Source: the human T2T-CHM13v2.0 reference genome, Homo sapiens
Length of the DNA stretch: 64,000 nucleotides
Assembly (NCBI RefSeq): GCF_009914755.1
Contig: NC_060947.1
Reading direction: 5' to 3' (one strand)
Shown: positions 12,231-26,350 of the stretch, piece after piece
Position numbering within the stretch: position 1 is the stretch's first letter
Layout of the letters: every line of letters starts with the position of its first letter
Translations under genes and position numbers: made by a program
The notes under the pieces: generated by a model
Databases searched by the model: none
What the model saw: only the letters and a program-made list of their open reading frames with translations
Told to the model about the DNA's origin: nothing

Positions 12231-12446
12231 CACTGTTCGAGGTGAAGGCTGTGCTTGCCAGCACTTGGCCAGCTGTGCCCCAAAGTGCAACTCAGCCACT
12301 GTTTGGCCCTAGCAGCCTTTAACCAGCCATGTGTATCCTGGGCTGCTGCCTAACTCCCTGGCATAGCACCTAGCACAATGCTTGGCAAATGGGGATTAGT
12401 CAACAAATATTTGTAGAATGATTGAATAAATGAACCAGTACAAAAA
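12231..12446 (+). repeat. Inverted repeat, left arm (216 bp; inner ~85 bp is an L2 3' tail)
   Basis: Reverse complement of 15003-15218 with about 8 mismatches and no gaps. Confidence 0.97.
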
Positions 12447-12608
12447 AAATCAGTCTAAATAGAATAAAAGTTTATTTCTCACCGAAAAAGGAAAACTAAA
12501 TGAGACAGTTCCAGACAAGCCCACAGGAGGCTCTGACAGAACTCAATCCCCGGTGTGGTGACCATAGGCTATTGGTTGACTCACACTGGCTAGCCACAGT
12601 GTGCAAAT

Positions 12609-12773
12609 GAAATCCTGCATTTTCAAATGAGTATTTAATTTTTTTTCTCAAAAAGATCTGGTCATCTCCCTAATACTCACTAATTATTAGGGAAATCCTG
12701 CATTTTCAAATGAGTATTTAATTTTTTTTCTCAAAAAGATCTGGTCATCTCCCTAATACTCACTAATTATTAG
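12609..12773 (+). repeat. Perfect 82-bp tandem duplication
   Basis: 12609-12690 is identical to 12692-12773, separated by one G. Confidence 0.98.
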
Positions 12774-12879
12774 TATTAGTATTTTAAATTCTGGATAAGA
12801 AAGTAAAAAATCATAGTGAAAAAATTATCTAAAGCCATAAATAACAGTGTTTCAGGTATGAAAAGCATAAAAACAGGTC

Positions 12880-13410
12880 AACTCAATTGGAACTGTGGGG
12901 CAGTCTCCTGGACCGAAGATTTAGGCAGGAACTGTTGAATGGTACGGAGGTCTATACAAGAGCCCTAAAATGATCCCTACCCTTTGACCTGGTAATCTCA
13001 CTTATAGGAATATATCCCAAGGAAATAATCCAAACAACAAAAGGTAATTTTGTAAGGATATTTATGGCAAAGCCATTTATAATAGGAGAAAATTGGAAAC
13101 AACCCAAGTGCCCAAGAGTAAGGAGACTGGCTAAGCCAAGAATATCATATCAACTATGTGGTGCACTGCACAGACATTAGCGCATCGAGCAGGTGGTACG
13201 TTTCAATGTGTGGAAATGTCTACATGAAATCATGTTAATTGAAAAAAGCAGAACACAAACGATTATGTGTCCAGTGATTACAACTTTGTGAAAATGTACC
13301 TGCTATTTTGAAAAGGGTCAGGAGGGCATCGAGTGATATAAACACAGCTGTAGGTTCATTGAATTCGTTTTCTGCATTGTGGATGGTTGTTTAAGTATAT
13401 AATGTATAAA
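12880..13410 (+). mobile_element. L1ME-type fragment
   Basis: CCCTTTGACCTGGTAATCTCACTTATAGGAATATATCCCAAGGAAATAATC and AATTGGAAACAACCCAAGTGCCC. Confidence 0.7.
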
Positions 13411-15002
13411 AAAGAAAGGAAGGACAGAAGGAAGAAAGAAAAAAAAGAAACTACTGAATACAAACCAGAGCTGCTATTTAAAACAATCTGTCATTTAGAT
13501 GTTTATAGATTAAGAACACCAGAGAGAAATACAAGTGGGAAATCAGAAAGACCCAGGAACATCTAAATGGTAGTCTATATGCCTAATAGAAAGTTGAAAT
13601 TCATTTGGAGCAAGATCCCTTCTGAATGCCTTGCAGCATTGGATCAACAATTGGAAGCCATAATGACAAAGATGTGCTCAGACTCCTACAGGGAAAGACA
13701 ACTTCCCATGGCCAGCAATGTTTGTTCCTTAGCAAACCACTTCTCAAGTGATGATGTCATCATTAAGGAAAAAAATCCACATCTGCAGAATTCACCATCA
13801 TCCAGCAGAAAACAGCAGGCCAAAACCTTTAGAACTGATTTCTGTGCATTTACAGCACACCCTCTGGATTCTGTGGCTTAAATTAATCACTAATGGAAAT
13901 TAGAAAGCATTAGTTTTGGATTGTATTTGCAGCATGGCCCCTGCAACTAAAGGGGAGAGGGTCTTGGAAAATAAGCAAAATAATTGCTTAGGACTTAGTT
14001 CTGAGGTTCACTGTAGGACATCTTCAAAGATTTTTTTTTTAAATCTTTTGTTTATGTTAAAAATTAGCCTCCTTTATCACTTTTTTTTCTGCAGTATTTT
14101 TTACAAATGCAATTACAATTAAGAGGTGAGAATGTAATGTTTTGGAAGAAAGAGCATTACAGGCCCATGTCTGTTGGAACATTTTAAATATTACAGGACT
14201 CAATTGGAGGCAAAATCCCCTTAAAATTATTTGAGGTCTCAAGACATCCTATATCAACATGCAAGTTGGGAAGAAACCAAAGCTGATGACAGGCAGCTCA
14301 TATGTGTTTGATCTGAAAGTTTTCATTTATGCCACCATTTTATTGCTGCAAAGGGACCACAGCAAAATGGTGGCGGCCTATGCTGTATTTCTTTGAAGAG
14401 AATATATGTAAAACGGCCACCCCCTGTGAGTTGGTTAATATGCCGCCTGAGCCTTGAAAGCCGTGCCCTTCCCGATACACAGACTGACTCTGGCATTTGT
14501 GCTGATATTGAAGTTACAAAATCAAATATCAAGAAGCCATATTTTTTCTCAAAAGACAACGATTTACCAGTTTAATTACACAGCACGTTCCTCTTCTTTG
14601 CATCTACCTGTCTTCCCTCCCCCATATCCTGCTGGGGAATAGAAAGAATTCTGGTGTCATATGAAACCTAGAACTCTAAGGAGTCTAAGTGCTTTGACTG
14701 TATTTGTGAACATGAGTTCTACTTAAAGACGAGTGACTGGGTCCTGTTTTTCCTCTTTAGCCATTGTTGGAGGTTCATATGTTATGATTTTCTCTTAGTT
14801 GTTGACAAGTAGTGATTCTGTCCATTTTGTGATATTTTAAAATGAGGGACTAAGGGAGTAGACACTGATCATTCCCCTTTCCCTAAACAACCTCCTGGTT
14901 TTAATTCTGTATCCTTTGTCTCTGTCTCCTCTCACACTCTCAGATTCTAAAGTTGTTCATCATCTTAAATTTTTCATATGCACTGATTGTGGGTATGAAA
15001 TC

Positions 15003-15218
15003 TTTTTGTACTGGTTCATTTATTCAATCATTCTACAAACATTTGTTGACTAATCCCCATTTGCCAAGCATTGTGCTAGGTGCTATGCCAGGGACTTAGA
15101 CAGCAGTCCAGGATACACATGGCTGCTTAAAGGCTGCTAGGGCCAAACAGTGGCTGAGCTGCACTTTGGGGCACAGCTGGCCAAGTGCTGGCAAGCACAG
15201 CCTTCACCCTGAACAGTG
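15003..15218 (-). repeat. Inverted repeat, right arm
   Basis: Partner of 12231-12446; outer end runs straight into a (TG)n tract. Confidence 0.97.
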
Positions 15219-15219
15219 T

Positions 15220-15251
<32 letters not shown>
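15216..15251. repeat. (TG)n microsatellite
   Basis: GT run with one interruption. Confidence 0.95.
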
Positions 15252-15254
15252 TCC

Positions 15255-15410
15255 ATATATGGTAGGTAAGTTTCCTCAGCTATAAAGTGGAGATAATGCT
15301 TCTTGTTTTACTTTACCTCCTAGAGTTCCTATGAGGATAAAATGAGATTCAGTATGTGAGAGTGCTTTGAAAAAAGTTGAAAGCCCACAACATATGGAGC
15401 ACTTACTATC
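15255..15410 (+). mobile_element. MIR fragment
   Basis: AGTTTCCTCAGCTATAAAGTGGAGATAA...TGAGGATAAAATGAGAT. Confidence 0.65.
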
Positions 15411-15648
15411 ACCATCTTTTCCTGCAAAATCTAGACAGTATTTACGCCACAAGTAGAATGTTGAACTAAATAATTTCTAAATTTTGGTAGTAATTTGCTA
15501 AGAGGTAAATACAGCAATTTGCCAAAGGTAAATCAATTTAACCAAAATTTGTAAAGTTTGTCCATTCGATTCTTATATGGTTCCTGAGTTGGCCACACTT
15601 TAAGCTCTGGGTTAGCTCTGTGCATCAGAGATGTGAAAATTGACCAAA

Positions 15649-15956
15649 GGTTCATGCCTGCAATCCCAGCACTTTGGGAGGCCAAGGCAGACGAATCACT
15701 TGAGGCCAGGAGTTCTAGACTAGCCTGGCCAACATGGTGAAACCCCGTCTCTACTAAACATACAAAAACTAGCTGGGCATGGTGGCATTCTCCTGTAGTC
15801 CCAGCTACCTGGGAGGCTGAGGTAGAAGGATAGCTTGAACCCGGGAGGTGGAGGTGGCAGTGAGCCGAGATCGCAACACTGTACTTCAGAGGGAGACTCC
15901 ATCAAAAAAAAAAAAAAGAAAAAAAGAGAAAAAGAAAGAAAAGAAAAATAGAAAAA
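15649..15956 (+). mobile_element. Alu (S/J), slightly truncated
   Basis: Alu body with A-rich tail; TSD AAAATTGACC at 15636-15645 and 15957-15966. Confidence 0.9.
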
Positions 15957-16947
15957 AAAATTGACCTAAGTAACTCCCAAGTCAGCTTAGGCAAAGGGGA
16001 GAGATGGGCAGGAGGAAGTGAAAAATGGGCTGTTTCATCACCAGTTACTTAGAGAAAAGTGTGCCAAGGCGAAAGGAAGCAGGCTTGGATGCCATTTTCT
16101 TTGGTAAAAGGTAATTAAATCAGTATTAATCTTTATTCCAAAATCTTGTGTAAAATTATTCTCCAGAGAAATAATATTATTAAAATATCCACACTACCCA
16201 AAGTGATCTCTATCAAAATTTCAATGCAATGTCATTCATAGAAAAAAATTTTTAAAATCCTAAAATGAATATGGTACCATAAAAGTTCCTGAATAGCCAA
16301 AGCAATCTTAACTAAAAAGAACAAAGATAGAAGAATTGCATGCCTGGATTTCAAAATACATTGCAAAGTAGTGGTAATCAAAACAGCATGGTATTGGCAT
16401 AAAAATAGACACATTGACCGATGGAATAAGATAGAGAGCCCCGAAATAAATCTGTGTATCTACAGTCAATTGATTTTTGGCCAAAGTGCAAAGAACATAC
16501 AATGGGGAAAAGACAGTCTCTTAAATAAATGGTATTGGGAAAACTGAATATCCATATACAGAAGAATGAAATCGAACCCTTATTTCACACCAAATACAAA
16601 AATCAATTCAAAATGGATTGAAGAATTAAATGTAAGACTTGAAACTATGAAATTACTAGAAGAAAACATAGGTGGCAAAGCTCCATGACACTAGTCTGGG
16701 CAGAGGTTTCTTGGATATGACCCCAAAAGTACAGACAACGAAAGCAAAAATAGACAAATGGGACTACATCAAGCTAAAAAGCTTCTGCACAACAAAGGAA
16801 ACAATCATCAGAGTGTAGGGACAATATGCAGATTGGAAGAAAATATTTTAAAATCATACAATGGATAAGGGGCTAATATCCAAAATATACAAAGAACTCA
16901 AACTACTCAGTAACAAGAAAATAAATAACCGTATTAGAAATGGGCAA

Positions 16948-17030
16948 TGGAAGGCGGAGGTTGAAGTGAGCTGAGAGTGTGCCACCACACTCCACCCTGG
17001 GTGACAGAATGAGAGGCTGTCGCAAAAAAT
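16948..17030 (+). mobile_element. Heavily 5'-truncated Alu
   Basis: Alu right-arm 3' end; TSD AATGGGCAA at 16939-16947 and 17031-17039. Confidence 0.85.
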
Positions 17031-17076
17031 AATGGGCAAATAATTTGAATAGACATTTCTCAAAAGAGGATATACA

Positions 17077-17409
<333 letters not shown>

Positions 17410-17801
17410 TTAAAAATACTCAACATCACTAATCATCAGAGAAATGCAAATTAAAACCCCAATGAGATATCACCTCACACCTGTTAGATTGGCTGTTATC
17501 AAAAAGATGAAAGATAACAAGTGTTGGTGAGCATATGGAACAAAAAGAACTCTCACACACTGTTGGTAGTATTGTAAATCAGTACAGCTATTTTGGAAAA
17601 CAGTATGGAGGTTCTTCAAAAAACTAAAAATAGCGCTACCATATGGTCCAGCAATCCCAGTACTGGATATTTATCCAAAGGAAAGAATATTAGCCTCTCA
17701 TAGATATCAGCACTCCCATGTTCATTGCAGCATTATTCACAATAGCCAAAATATGGAATCAATCTAAGTGTCCATCAATGGCTGAATGGATAAAGAAAAT
17801 G

Positions 17802-17850
17802 TTATATATATATATATACACATATATAACATTTATATATATAACATATG

Positions 17851-17881
<31 letters not shown>

Positions 17882-17882
17882 A
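17802..17882. repeat. (TA)n-rich simple repeat
   Basis: Interrupted TA/TATG runs inside the L1MA. Confidence 0.9.
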
Positions 17883-17925
17883 CAATAGAATATTACTCAA
17901 CCATTTAAAAAAGACAGGAAATTCT

Positions 17926-18971
17926 ACAAAAACCAAAATAGACAAATGGGATCTAATTAAACTAAAGAGCTTCTGCACAGCAAAAGAAACTACCATCAGA
18001 GTGAACAGGCAACCTACAGAATGGGAAAAAATTTTTGCAATCTACCCATCTGACAAAGGGCTAATATCCAGAATCTACAAAGAACTTGAACAAATTCACA
18101 AGAAAAAATCAAACAACCCCATCAAAAAGTAGGCAAAGGATATGAACAGACACTTCTCAAAAGAAGACATTTATGCAGCCAACAGACACATGAAAAAATG
18201 CTCATCATCACTGGTCATCAGAGAAATGCAAATCAAAACCACAATGAGATACCATCTCACACCAGTTAGAATGGCAATCATTAAAAAGGCAGGAAACAAC
18301 AGGTGCTGGAGAGGATGTGGAGAAATAGGAATGCTTTTACACTGTTGGTGGCAGTGTAAACTAGTTCAACCATTGTGGAAGACAGTGTGGCAATTCCTCA
18401 AGGATCTAGAACTAGAAATACCATTTGACCCAGCCATCCCATTACTGGGTATATACCCAAAGGATTATAAATCTTTCTACTATTAAGACACATGCACACA
18501 TATATTTATTGCGGCACTATTCACAATAGCAAAGACTTGGAACCAATCCAAATGTCCATCAATGATAGATGGATTAAGAAAATGTGGCATATATACACCA
18601 TGGAATACAGCCATAAAAAAGGATGAGTTCATGTCCTTTGTAGGGACATGGATGAAGCTGGAAACCATCATTCTCAGCAAACTATTGCAAGGACAGAAAA
18701 CCAAACACCACATGTTCTCACTCATAGGTGGGAATTGAACAATGAGAACACTTGGACACAGGTTGGGAACATCACACAGCGGGGCCTGTTGTGGGGTGGG
18801 GGGAGGGGGAAGGGATAGCATTAAGAGATATACCTAATGTAAATGACGAGTTAATGGGTGCAGCACACCAACAAGGCACATGTATACATATGTAACAACC
18901 ATGCATGTTGTGCACATGTACCCTGGAACTTAAAGTATAATAATAAAAAATAAAATAAAATAAAATAAAAA
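17926..18971 (+). mobile_element. L1PA5-7-type 5'-truncated L1 (~1 kb)
   Basis: ORF2 C-terminal peptides ([16 protein letters not shown]; [16 protein letters not shown]), L1PA 3' UTR; TSD ACAGGAAATTCT at 17914-17925 and 18972-18983. Confidence 0.95.
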
Positions 18972-19938
18972 ACAGGAAATTCTGTCACATGCTACAACAT
19001 GGATGAACCTAGAGGACATTATGCTAAGTGAAATAAGCCAGGCACAGAGAGACACATATTGTATGACCTCACTTATATGTGGAATCTCAAAAAGTAAAAA
19101 GAGAGTAAAATGGTGATTATCAGAGCCTGGGAGGGTGAGGTGGACTAAAGTTCCAGTTAGATAGGAGAGATAAGTTCTGGTGATCTATTGCACAGCACAG
19201 TGACTATAGTTAATAAGAATGTATTATGCATTTTAAAATAGCTAAAAGAGAGGATTTTAAATGTTCTCACCACAATGAAGTGATAAATATTTGAGGTGAT
19301 AGATATGTGAATTAGCCTGATTTGATCATTCCAGGATGTATATATGTATCTCATTGTACCCGATGTGGGGTACAATAACATCACATCATACCCCATAAAT
19401 ATATGCAATTATTATTTGTCAATTAAAAATAAAATATTTTTAAAAAGAAAGTTAAAACAGGGCAAAGAGGAAAATATATTCGTTAGAAAGTGCTAGGGTG
19501 CCTATTGAACTGAGGCAGTTTGTAATTAAGATCCTGACTTCAAGCGGTTTCTACTAAGTTGCTAAAGGAGATCAACCACCTAAAGCTACATAAATCCATT
19601 CAAAATCAAAATGAAATATTAGGCCTGCTTGGTAAAGCTTTATTCAAAATGGCTGGCTGTGTTGTCCTGTAGTCTCAGGAATAGATTGTAACTTTTGGGA
19701 GAAGAGTATGGGTTTCCAAGGCACCAGATCTCTGGTGATCTCTATCTCTTATGGGGCATAGGCGTGCTTCCTCATCTTCACACATTCAGCGCTTTGTACA
19801 TTCTACGTTGATCCCTTAAACCTGCCATCACTACACTTACTGTGGTCTACTGAATAGTCACTAAATGGGCATTTTGAGGTGTCACTTTTGGATACTACCT
19901 GTTTCAACAACATTACCTTCTTTGGTTACAGTGGTTCA

Positions 19939-20249
<311 letters not shown>

Positions 20250-20699
20250 GGGGGGGGGAATGGAAAGTAAACAGAATAATAAAAGTGTTGGAACTAGTGA
20301 AAAGAAGCTCAAGTCTCTTAAATATAATATGATTAGGATAAAGATGGGAATCGTTACATGGTCAAAATTAGGGACTCATTAATCTTAGTGTTTGGACCTC
20401 ATTTTTGGACATGGGCCACTGGAGGCTCAATTGTGAAGGAGAAGAATGCAATTAGAGAACATGTACAAAATGCTGTGAATGTATCATTGCCGATTGATCT
20501 GGGCTTTTCAAGAAAATTTTTAGTTTTCTGGGAACACCCCCATCCTTTCTTCATATCATGTCAAATAGTTTTTCACACATTCAAAGTTCTACATACGTTT
20601 TTAGGAATATATTAGGCATGAAAACAGGAGATCAGGAATTGTGGCATCAGCTGCAGTCTAGCTAGCTTTTCTCTGTCCCATAGACATAAAAATTCAGTC

Positions 20700-21009
20700 C
20701 TCAGATCATACTGTTTTGCTGTCTGGAATGCCCTTCCTCTCCCTTTTCCTGTGTAAATTCTTATCCCACATTCTAGCCCTATCTCCTACAGGTAAACTGA
20801 CTTGGCCACACAGCCTTCATCCCTCATTCACTTCCCTGATGTGCTCCCACAGCAGAAGTTAGTGCTTAAAGACATACTGGCTTGGAACTTTAGTGATTGG
20901 TTTGTATTTTAGTTTCATTTCCACAACTGAATCGTAACCCCTCTGGGGCAAGAATGTAAGCCTTGCCTCTTCTGTATCCCCCCACAATACAGAGGATTGA
21001 GTTGGGCAC
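20700..21009 (+). mobile_element. L2 fragment, continuing briefly after the MLT1
   Basis: GTCTGGAATGCCCTTCC and CTCTTCTGTATCCCCC; tail resumes at ~21393 (CATAGTAGGAACTC). Confidence 0.6.
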
Positions 21010-21392
21010 TGTAATGGGCTGAATTGTGTCCACCTAATATTTGAATTTTGAAATTCCAATGCCTAGTATGTCAGGATGTAACCATACTTGAAGATAAGGT
21101 TTTTAAAGAAGTGCTTAAGTTAAAATAAGGCTGGTAAGATGAGGCCCTATTTCAATCTGACCGGTGTCCTTCTAAGAAAAGGAATAGACACAGGGATGCA
21201 CATGCACAGAGGGATGGCCATGTGAGGAGCAGCCTTCTGCAAGCTAAATAGAGGTGGCCTCAGAAGAGACCAACCCTGCTGACACCTTGATCTTGGACTT
21301 CAAGCCTCCAAAACTGTGAGAAAACAAGTGTCTGTTGTTTAAGCCAACCAGCCTGTGGTATTTTGCTATGGCAGCTCTGGCAAACTAATGCA
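21010..21392 (+). mobile_element. MLT1 (MLT1B/C-like) solo LTR
   Basis: TGTAATGGGCTGAATTGTGTCC ... GCAAACTAATGCA, TG..CA termini. Confidence 0.88.
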
Positions 21393-21478
21393 GGTGCATA
21401 GTAGGAACTCTATAAATACTATAAATACTTCTAGGCTATCTCTCTGGAGGAAAGGGGGAATAATAAGCAAAAGGAAAG

Positions 21479-21812
21479 TGTTTAAGTCCATTTTCATACT
21501 GCTGTGAAGAAATACCTGATACTGGGTACTTTACAAAGAAAAGACTTTTAATGGATTCACAGTTCCTCATGGCTGGGGAGGCCTCACAATCATGGCTGAA
21601 GGCAAAGGAGGAGCACAGGCACATCTTACATGGTAGCAGGTAAGAGAGTATGTGCAGGTGAACTGCCTTTTATAAAACCATCAGATCTTGTGAGAGTTAT
21701 TCACTATCAAAAGAATAGCAAGGGAAAAACCAACCCCCATGATTCAATTACCTCCCACTGGGTCCCTCCCGTGACACGTGGGAATTATGGGAGCTACAAT
21801 TTAAGATGACAT
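21479..21812 (-). mobile_element. THE1 solo LTR, 5' end missing
   Basis: GGGGAGGCCTCACAATCATGG and CCCCCATGATTCAATTACCTCCCAC. Confidence 0.9.
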
Positions 21813-22302
<490 letters not shown>

Positions 22303-22825
22303 TGCAGCCCTGCTTTCTAAGACTTCTCTTCAGGTAAAACTCTCTCCAACACCTGAGGGACTCTATATCCAGGAAACATAATGGGGGACTTGAAGCTGTC
22401 ATATGAACAATCTTGTCAGGCAACTTTCTTCCTTCTGGTTGGCAGGCACCTCTGTATCCTAAACTTGTCCCCCACCTTCTGGTATGTGCCAAGAATTCTA
22501 TCACTGGCAATTAATTCTTTTGTCTTAACATTTTTTTTTCCCCAGAAAAATTGCAGTTTCTTCAAGGAAAGGCCAGCCATAAGCCTTATAGCAAATCAAT
22601 GTAGGGTTCTTCAGCTGTTTCTCTGACAATGGCTGTGGAAGGAAGGGGGAAGGAAGGAGGTTCAGGAAGATTAAACAAACTAAGAACTTTGGATTTGTTT
22701 CTTAAGTGAATGCAAGTGAATGAAATAAATATAAAATCTCACTTAGTAATAATAACAACAAATATTTAAACACTATTTGTCTCACATCTGCTCTATGAGG
22801 GAGGTGAAATCTTAGCCCCTTTTCT

Positions 22826-23134
<309 letters not shown>

Positions 23135-23689
23135 ATGTTAGCCCCTTTTCTACATGGAAAAACTGAGGCCCTGAGAAGTTAGATAATTTGCCTAAGCTTG
23201 TTTAGCTAGTCAAGAAGAGAGCTAGGCTTTAAAGGCAGGAAGTCTGGCCCTAGAGCTCAAGTTCATAACTACCAAGTCATGGTGCCCCTCCCTACATCAC
23301 CTCTCATTCCCTCCATGAGTTTTTCCTCTTGGGAGTGAGAACAGTCCACAGAGCTCAGGTGGCAAGTGGACATCAATAGAAAAGCTCCCTGCAGTAGCTC
23401 CGTGGTAGGTTCTCTGGACTTGTTCCCTATGGGGAGGAGTGTTGTCCCCACAAGGAGCTCATGGCAGAGTTAATGGGTGAATGGTAGATTTGGACTTGCC
23501 TCACCAATTTTTCTGTAAGGACCATTGCTATTTGAATGGTGAAGTACAGCTTGTTAAACCAGAGGCGTTCAGGATCTACAGAAAAACTGATATGACAAGA
23601 TAGTTTTTGTTGTCAGCTGAATAGCAGCAAAGATTGGCTGATTTGTCTGGGTAGGCAAATAAGCCCACAGGTGAACTTAAGTACATCAC

Positions 23690-23900
23690 AGAACCTCAAA
23701 ACTAGATGAGACTTTAGAGAGTCATCTGGTCCAACAACCTATAAAACACTGGAATTGACTCTAACCAACCCCCGCCCCCACCACCCCACAACACATATAT
23801 ACCACCAGCAAGCAATAGTCTAGTTTAAACGCCTCCAGGAATGGAGAGCTCACTGCTTCCCAGAGCTGCCATTTTTGTCTGTTGAGTACAATTTAGTCCA
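23690..23900 (-). mobile_element. CR1/L3 fragment
   Basis: GTCATCTGGTCCAAC and GCCTCCAGGAATGGAGAGCTCACTGCTTCCC resemble the L3 3' end. Confidence 0.55.
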
Positions 23901-24509
23901 GGTGAATAAGAGTGGATTTTGTGTCTGTCAAAAGCTCACCACTTAAGTAGCTGGGATGGGGAATTCTCAGTACCTGTAACAAAGTCTCTGTCCCTGAGAG
24001 GTCATTGGCATTTAAGAGAAAAAAGGGCTCCAGATTCGTCCTGGGATGCAATAATGAAAAGCCCCATTGGCTAAATGAGAAACTCCACATTCTTCCTGGA
24101 GTTCACTGATTGAGCAGGCTGCAGGGAGCTTCTGGGTTGAGTTTTTAAGGCATCTTCACTCTACCTCACTGCTCTTTGTCTGGACTCTGGGTCTCCCCTA
24201 GGATGGGACTCCTACAGTAAACCCGACAAAGGATTGCAAGTAAGGATATACTTGAAGTCCAACCTTAAATCACAGGGCTCTCTGGGACACAGCTGGGAAT
24301 CACAAGCCAGGCAAACCAGCAGGTAGAAAGGGGACCTCTCTGCATCAGCAAACACATTCCAGGGCCCCAAAGAGAACAGGTTACAAAGCAGAAAGAACTG
24401 TCTCAGAACCAGCACAAAAAGGACTTAGGCATCAGCCTCCTTAGTACAAATGCACCCTTCTCAGAGGCCTCAGCACCCCAAAGGTCACAGCAGCTGATAC
24501 CGTTAATTA

Positions 24510-24770
24510 TAATAGTCAATACAAGTTATTGAGCACTTACTCTGCACCTGGCCAGGTGCCTTGTACTTCATTTGCATGATCTCCTTTAATCCCCACAATA
24601 TCATTGAAAGGTAGATGTTATTGTTTTCCTCATTCTTTAGGCTCAGTGAGGTTAGGTAACATACATATGGCCACACACTTGGTAAATGGCAGGGCTAGAA
24701 TTTTAACCAGAACTGGAACTGAGGCTTTCCTGACTCCAGAATCTATGTGCTAACTACTTTGTCATGCTAC
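24510..24770 (-). mobile_element. MIR
   Basis: TTATTGAGCACTTACTCTG...GGCTCAGTGAGGTTAGGTAAC. Confidence 0.75.
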
Positions 24771-25495
24771 TTGTCCCAGTGAAGCTTCTACAGCCACCTT
24801 GAATCAATTTTTCATGTTGCCCTCAGAGCTACCATCTTGCTCAATTTTCCATTTCTGCTCAAAACATCCAGTGGTTCTGTTTTTACTTTTACCACAAAGT
24901 TCAAGATCCTAAGAGTAGTATTTAAGGCCTCCTCAATCTGGCCACAACCTACCTTTCAGATCTATTTTCTATTACTTGCGTCATCTATCCATGCCCCACC
25001 TTACCTCCTTCTCATTCTTCTTTATCCACTGGCATTTTGATTTGTATTTGTATTTATTTTTTCTTACCCCCTTCTTCTTATGCTCCAGTCATGCTGGATG
25101 ATTCCTCATTCTCTGAAAATGCCACACACACCTCATCCTATTTTTGCTTACACTGTGTACTCTGCTCGCAAATCTCTTTCTGAAGCACCCTTGTTTTTTT
25201 ACTTTATAAGGTTTTCACACCCTCTTGTGTTACAGTTATTCCTGCAAGAGTGCCTCTCTCAAAACAGAAAACTATAGGAACCTACTGAAATAGTGTCAAT
25301 TATAACTTGAGACCAAGTGTCCAAAGAGAGGCTGATGGAAAATATAATTCATAGGCCTTCTCAATCAGAACTCAAAGTCTTCTGTTCAAATCTGTGCCTG
25401 AATGAAGGGGGTTGTAGGGCTAGAGATTGCTTAGCCCAAGGCCTTGCCTCCTAGCTATGGTCTCTGGCAGGCCTATGTCATAACAGTAAGTGTAA

Positions 25496-25993
<498 letters not shown>

Positions 25994-26029
25994 TTAGGAG
26001 AATCTCTTTGAAAGTAGGTTGCATGCAAC

Positions 26030-26350
26030 AGCCCAGAGGAATCTCAAAATTTTAATGCTGACCAAAAGAAGCCACATATAGAAGAATACATTCTGTATCA
26101 TTTCACTTAATGAAATTCAAGAACAGGGAAACTAATCTATGATTTGAGATGTCAAAATAGTAGTTTCCTTTGGGGGAGTGTTGACTGGATGGAAGCACTG
26201 AATGAACCTTCTGGGATGTTGGAAACCTCCTTTATCTTGATTTTGGTGGTGATTATACAGATGTGCATATGTATGAAAGTTTACTGAGCTGTACAGTTAA
26301 TGTTGATGCACTTCATTATATGTGTGTTATAACTCAATTTAAAAAATTAA
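26030..26350 (+). mobile_element. L1MC/ME 3' end
   Basis: GAAATTCAAGAACAGGGAAACTAATCTATG and TATCTTGATTTTGGTGGTGATTATACAG. Confidence 0.75.

Noticed and set aside
12609-12773. Repeat unit considered as CRISPR-like or minisatellite array
   Set aside because: Only two adjacent copies with no spacers, in mammalian DNA.
17848-18486. 94-aa and 114-aa ORFs
   Set aside because: L1 ORF2 C-terminus from a 1-kb truncated insertion.
18781-18815. G-quadruplex-forming G runs
   Set aside because: The ordinary G-rich tract of the L1PA 3' UTR.
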